From a virus (lineage: Duplodnaviria > Heunggongvirae > Uroviricota > Caudoviricetes), in IMG/VR virus record IMGVR_UViG_2778261064_000002: 9,886 nucleotides of DNA; one strand, written 5' to 3'. Every line of letters begins with the position of its first letter. Position 1 is the first letter of the stretch. Under the pieces are notes generated by a model. It worked only from the letters and a program-made list of their open reading frames with translations. It did not search any database and was not told the DNA's origin. Positions 7,076-9,886 of the stretch are shown here, piece by piece. A program made the translations under genes and the position numbers.

Positions 7076-9168
7076 CCTCCGGAAGTCAGCCAGGGGTTAA
7101 CATCGTCAGTTACTGTTTTCTTCCGTTTTTGTTTTTTAACAGGCGTGGATACCGGTTCCGGTGAGGGTGACGGTTCGGTACTGTCCGGGACACACTCCAG
7201 CCAGGTTTCCCGGCTCGCCCACTCCGGTGCATCCGGCCAGCGGATCTTTTCGTATCCATGCAGAATGACCAGAGCCTCGGCATACACCATCAGGTCAAAA
7301 GCTTCGTTGGCACCGCGACCCGGCTTACTCCATTTCCCGTCACTGCTCCGCTCTTCATACGTCAGTTCGTCGTAAAACCAGCTCCCCAGCCAGTCAGGGA
7401 AATGCACATAGCCGGGACCTGGCGAGTCACGCCATAACGCGTTATTCACCCGGTCTTTCAGGGCATCCGTCTGAAGAAGCCAGAGCGGCACATCACCTGC
7501 GGCCTGCGCCCGTCGGCCCGTTCGTCCGGTGTTATCAGGGAATGTACGGGTGATCAGTTTTGCGCGCCGGATGCTGTCGCCCTTAAACAGGTAAATACGT
7601 TTACCAAGGCCATCACGACGGCAACGACGCCAGAATTTATAGGCATTATCAGTGACCCCGTCTTCACCGCCGGAGTCCACCGCCATTGCCATCAGTCGCA
7701 TTTGTTGAGAAGGATCGGAGGCCAGCGGCCAGCTTTTATGAAAAACATCCGTCAGCAGGACATCCCAGTCTTCCGGATAGCTGGCCGGATCAATTCGCTG
7801 GCTCTCCCCGTCGCTGTCACCGCGCAATGACTGCGTGATGTTGTAACGATCAATAATCCAGCGTTCACCACGGCTGCCATAGCCCGTTACCTGAACCACA
7901 AAACGGCGATGACGTCCCGCCTGCACATCCACTGTCGCCACAAGGAAATTAACGCCATCCGGCACACTGCGGGAAGGAACTGGCTCTGCCCGCTGCTCAA
8001 GCAGTTCACTTTTTCGTTGCTCCATGCTGGCGCGGGGAAGATAAGGTAATCCCCAGTCGGTATTGATAACCGTCTTGAGTGTTTCTTCACTTCCGGTTGT
8101 CTCGTATTCCTGTTCTGCAGTAAGCAGTTTGTAAACGAGTTGCGAGAGTGTCTGGTAAGCAGCTGCCGGACCCTCCATCCAGAATGACGCAATACGTGAA
8201 CGTCGGGGATCACCATAACGACTGCCATCCGCATTGATGGATTCACCATCCCGCAACCAGACCCCACGTCCGTTCAGCTCACGTTTTTGTTCAGGCATAA
8301 TCCGTCCTGAACAGGAAGGACACTGAATATAAGCCGCCTCACTTGCCAGCACGGGATCGGCAATATCACGGAAACCAGCAACCACATCGCCGCAGGGCTG
8401 AAAATACTCACCACAGTGTGGACAGGGCCAGTACCAGCGACGGCGATCGCCACGGTTATAGAGCGACAGTATCCCCGTGGTTGGCGGAGCCTCATGCGGT
8501 GAAGTCCGTCGCCATTTCACATCCTTCACATCCCTGCCGGGGGAACTCTCCACCAGCGTCATACCACTGGACATAAATGTGGTGGTACGTTTTGAGGCAA
8601 GAGAGAAGGCATCCCCCTCGCCATCAATATCTTCCGGAAAACGGTCATAATCCGTCAGCGCGACGCATTTATAATCTGATGAGGACATGATATTGACTGA
8701 TGGCCAGCCGATTTTCAGGTAGTTGCCAGCAAGGAATGTTCTGTCATAAACGTTGTTGTCATTTTTGTTCGGACTCAGGCGACTGACCACTTCCGGGCTG
8801 ACGCGAAACGTTCTGGCAAGTCGTTTTTTGGAGTGTTCGCGGGCTTTTTCCTCCGTCATCTGAATGATCAGCATATCCGCAGGATCGCAAATCACGTTGT
8901 AAATCACCCAGCCGTCAATCAGGCCGATAGTCTTGCCGGTTCGTGCCGGACCAACAAATATCACTGCGTCGTATTCACGCGAGGCCAGGCAGTTCATCGG
9001 CTCAATAACATACGGTGCGACCAGCGGATCCCACGGGACTGAGTTCCCGGCCCCCATGGGCACCTGCATATACTGAGCAACGGCATCAGCAACCCGCATT
9101 CGTCTCGGTGCGCGAAGGATATAACCTGAATCGGTTCGTGCTGCCTTTGCGGTTTCCTGATTCAGCAT
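7066..9168 (-). CDS. Terminase large subunit, gpA family (700 aa)
   Basis: Walker A-like motif VGPARTGKT near the N-terminus and a Cys/His cluster WPCPHCGEYF...CPSC comparable to the lambda gpA ACPHCGE region, with size and position matching. The start ATG overlaps the small terminase stop (TAATG), with GGAGG RBS. Confidence 0.93.
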   Translation of the reverse strand: MLNQETAKAARTDSGYILRAPRRMRVADAVAQYMQVPMGAGNSVPWDPLVAPYVIEPMNCLASREYDAVIFVGPARTGKTIGLIDGWVIYNVICDPADMLIIQMTEEKAREHSKKRLARTFRVSPEVVSRLSPNKNDNNVYDRTFLAGNYLKIGWPSVNIMSSSDYKCVALTDYDRFPEDIDGEGDAFSLASKRTTTFMSSGMTLVESSPGRDVKDVKWRRTSPHEAPPTTGILSLYNRGDRRRWYWPCPHCGEYFQPCGDVVAGFRDIADPVLASEAAYIQCPSCSGRIMPEQKRELNGRGVWLRDGESINADGSRYGDPRRSRIASFWMEGPAAAYQTLSQLVYKLLTAEQEYETTGSEETLKTVINTDWGLPYLPRASMEQRKSELLEQRAEPVPSRSVPDGVNFLVATVDVQAGRHRRFVVQVTGYGSRGERWIIDRYNITQSLRGDSDGESQRIDPASYPEDWDVLLTDVFHKSWPLASDPSQQMRLMAMAVDSGGEDGVTDNAYKFWRRCRRDGLGKRIYLFKGDSIRRAKLITRTFPDNTGRTGRRAQAAGDVPLWLLQTDALKDRVNNALWRDSPGPGYVHFPDWLGSWFYDELTYEERSSDGKWSKPGRGANEAFDLMVYAEALVILHGYEKIRWPDAPEWASRETWLECVPDSTEPSPSPEPVSTPVKKQKRKKTVTDDVNPWLTSGGWL

Positions 9169-9659
9169 TACTCCTCCTGCTGTAATTCCTCCTCATCATC
9201 CGCACCTGCTTCGGTCACCCGCAGGGCTATCTGATCGCGCAGATCATCAATAATGGACTGAACACGGCTCACAGCGGCAGGCTGCAGACCGCAGTCGCGT
9301 TCCAGAATATCCGGTAATGTCTCCAGCACCTGCACGACCGCTTTTGCCCAGATGGCAAACTCCCGTCTGACATCACTGGCCGGAATGAGTTGTGCTGTTT
9401 CCTGTTCGAACTTAAGACGCTCACGTTCAGACTGATACCAGGCTTTGCGCTCATGTGGATCCATTTCGCCCTCAGCAACCGGCGGTGGTAACCCCATAAA
9501 TTCAGTCAGAATATCGGTCAACCGGTATAGCTTGAGTTTGTCATGTCCACCAGCGGGACGAATGTTTTTCAGTCTTGCCACGACAGTCTGGCGGTGCAGA
9601 CCAGATAAAGCCGCCAGTTGATTAATATTCAGCACCAGGTTTTTCAACTCATGATCCAT
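9168..9659 (-). CDS. Terminase small subunit, Nu1-like (163 aa)
   Basis: First gene of the packaging operon, immediately upstream of and overlapping the large terminase gene. N-terminal HTH-like segment (LVLNINQLAALSGLHRQTVVARLKN) and acidic C-terminal tail (DDEEELQQEE), as in Nu1-type small terminases. Strong RBS GGAGGAAAT before the ATG. Confidence 0.8.
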   Translation of the reverse strand: MDHELKNLVLNINQLAALSGLHRQTVVARLKNIRPAGGHDKLKLYRLTDILTEFMGLPPPVAEGEMDPHERKAWYQSERERLKFEQETAQLIPASDVRREFAIWAKAVVQVLETLPDILERDCGLQPAAVSRVQSIIDDLRDQIALRVTEAGADDEEELQQEE

Positions 9660-9886
9660 ATTTCCTCCGGAGAGCTTTAAACATGCATCGTGCGAACAAC
9701 TTTAAGAAAACGCGTTCGATGTCGAACAAAAAACACTCAATTCGACATACAAAAAACAAACAACCATTAATAATCAATAAGATGCAAAGATGATGGTGGC
9801 CGATAAAAAGTAACCGGCTCATTTAAACCGTCTGGTCTGTTTCCTCCGGCTCTACAAAAATAATGTCCATCATTTTTAATGGACAC
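9660..9886. other. Non-coding region upstream of the small terminase gene; candidate cos / terminase-recognition region with TCGAAC/GTTCGA repeats and a terminal 7-bp inverted repeat
   Basis: No credible ORF. Imperfect palindrome GTTCGATGTCGAAC (9714-9727), inverted copy TTCGACAT (9741-9748) and CGAAC at 9693-9697. Inverted repeat TGTCCAT-cattttta-ATGGACA at 9864-9885. By analogy with lambda, cosB/cosN lie within about 200 bp upstream of Nu1. The cos assignment is inferred from position only. Confidence 0.25.

Noticed and set aside
9650-9826. Small hydrophobic minus-strand ORF (about 58 codons) running through the putative cos region into the Nu1 start
   Set aside because: The nearest Shine-Dalgarno is about 20 nt from its ATG, it overlaps the Nu1 RBS and start, and the region is better explained as non-coding packaging or regulatory DNA.
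1-9886. CRISPR arrays, tRNA/rRNA genes, transposase or IS elements, and defence-system gene pairs (toxin-antitoxin, restriction-modification, abortive infection)
   Set aside because: I looked for regular repeat-spacer periodicity, tRNA-like T-arm motifs, IS terminal inverted repeats and nuclease/ATPase/methylase-like ORFs and found none. The only non-structural gene is the single HTH regulator, which is not enough to call a defence or accessory system.

Overview
Most of this window (about 1158-9659) is the DNA-packaging, head and proximal-tail module of a lambdoid (siphovirus-type) prophage, with every gene on the minus strand. Reading right to left in lambda order: small terminase (Nu1-like), large terminase (gpA family), gpW-like head-tail connector, lambda-family portal, a single ORF fusing a ClpP-like prohead protease, a scaffold-like linker and an HK97-fold major capsid protein, a DUF2190-like small head protein, a gpFII-like head-tail joining protein, then close homologues of lambda Z, U and V. 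Genes are tightly packed with overlapping stop/start codons and good Shine-Dalgarno sequences. The tail module stops abruptly: the V homologue ends at 1158 where lambda V would continue into its C-terminal Ig-like domain, and no G/GT/tape-measure genes follow. Instead there is about 300 bp of non-coding DNA with short direct repeats, then a convergent plus-strand gene (184-855) for a cI-like XRE-family HTH regulator whose C-terminal domain I do not recognise, preceded by an AT-rich leader with perfect palindromes. The 227 bp right of the small terminase gene (9660-9886) is non-coding and is where a cos site would be expected. I see no rRNA, tRNA, CRISPR array, transposase or recognisable defence system. 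The most notable items are the truncated tail module and its junction, the protease-scaffold-capsid fusion, and the orphan HTH regulator with its operator-like palindromes. All homology statements are from reading the supplied translations against remembered family features; no database search was run.
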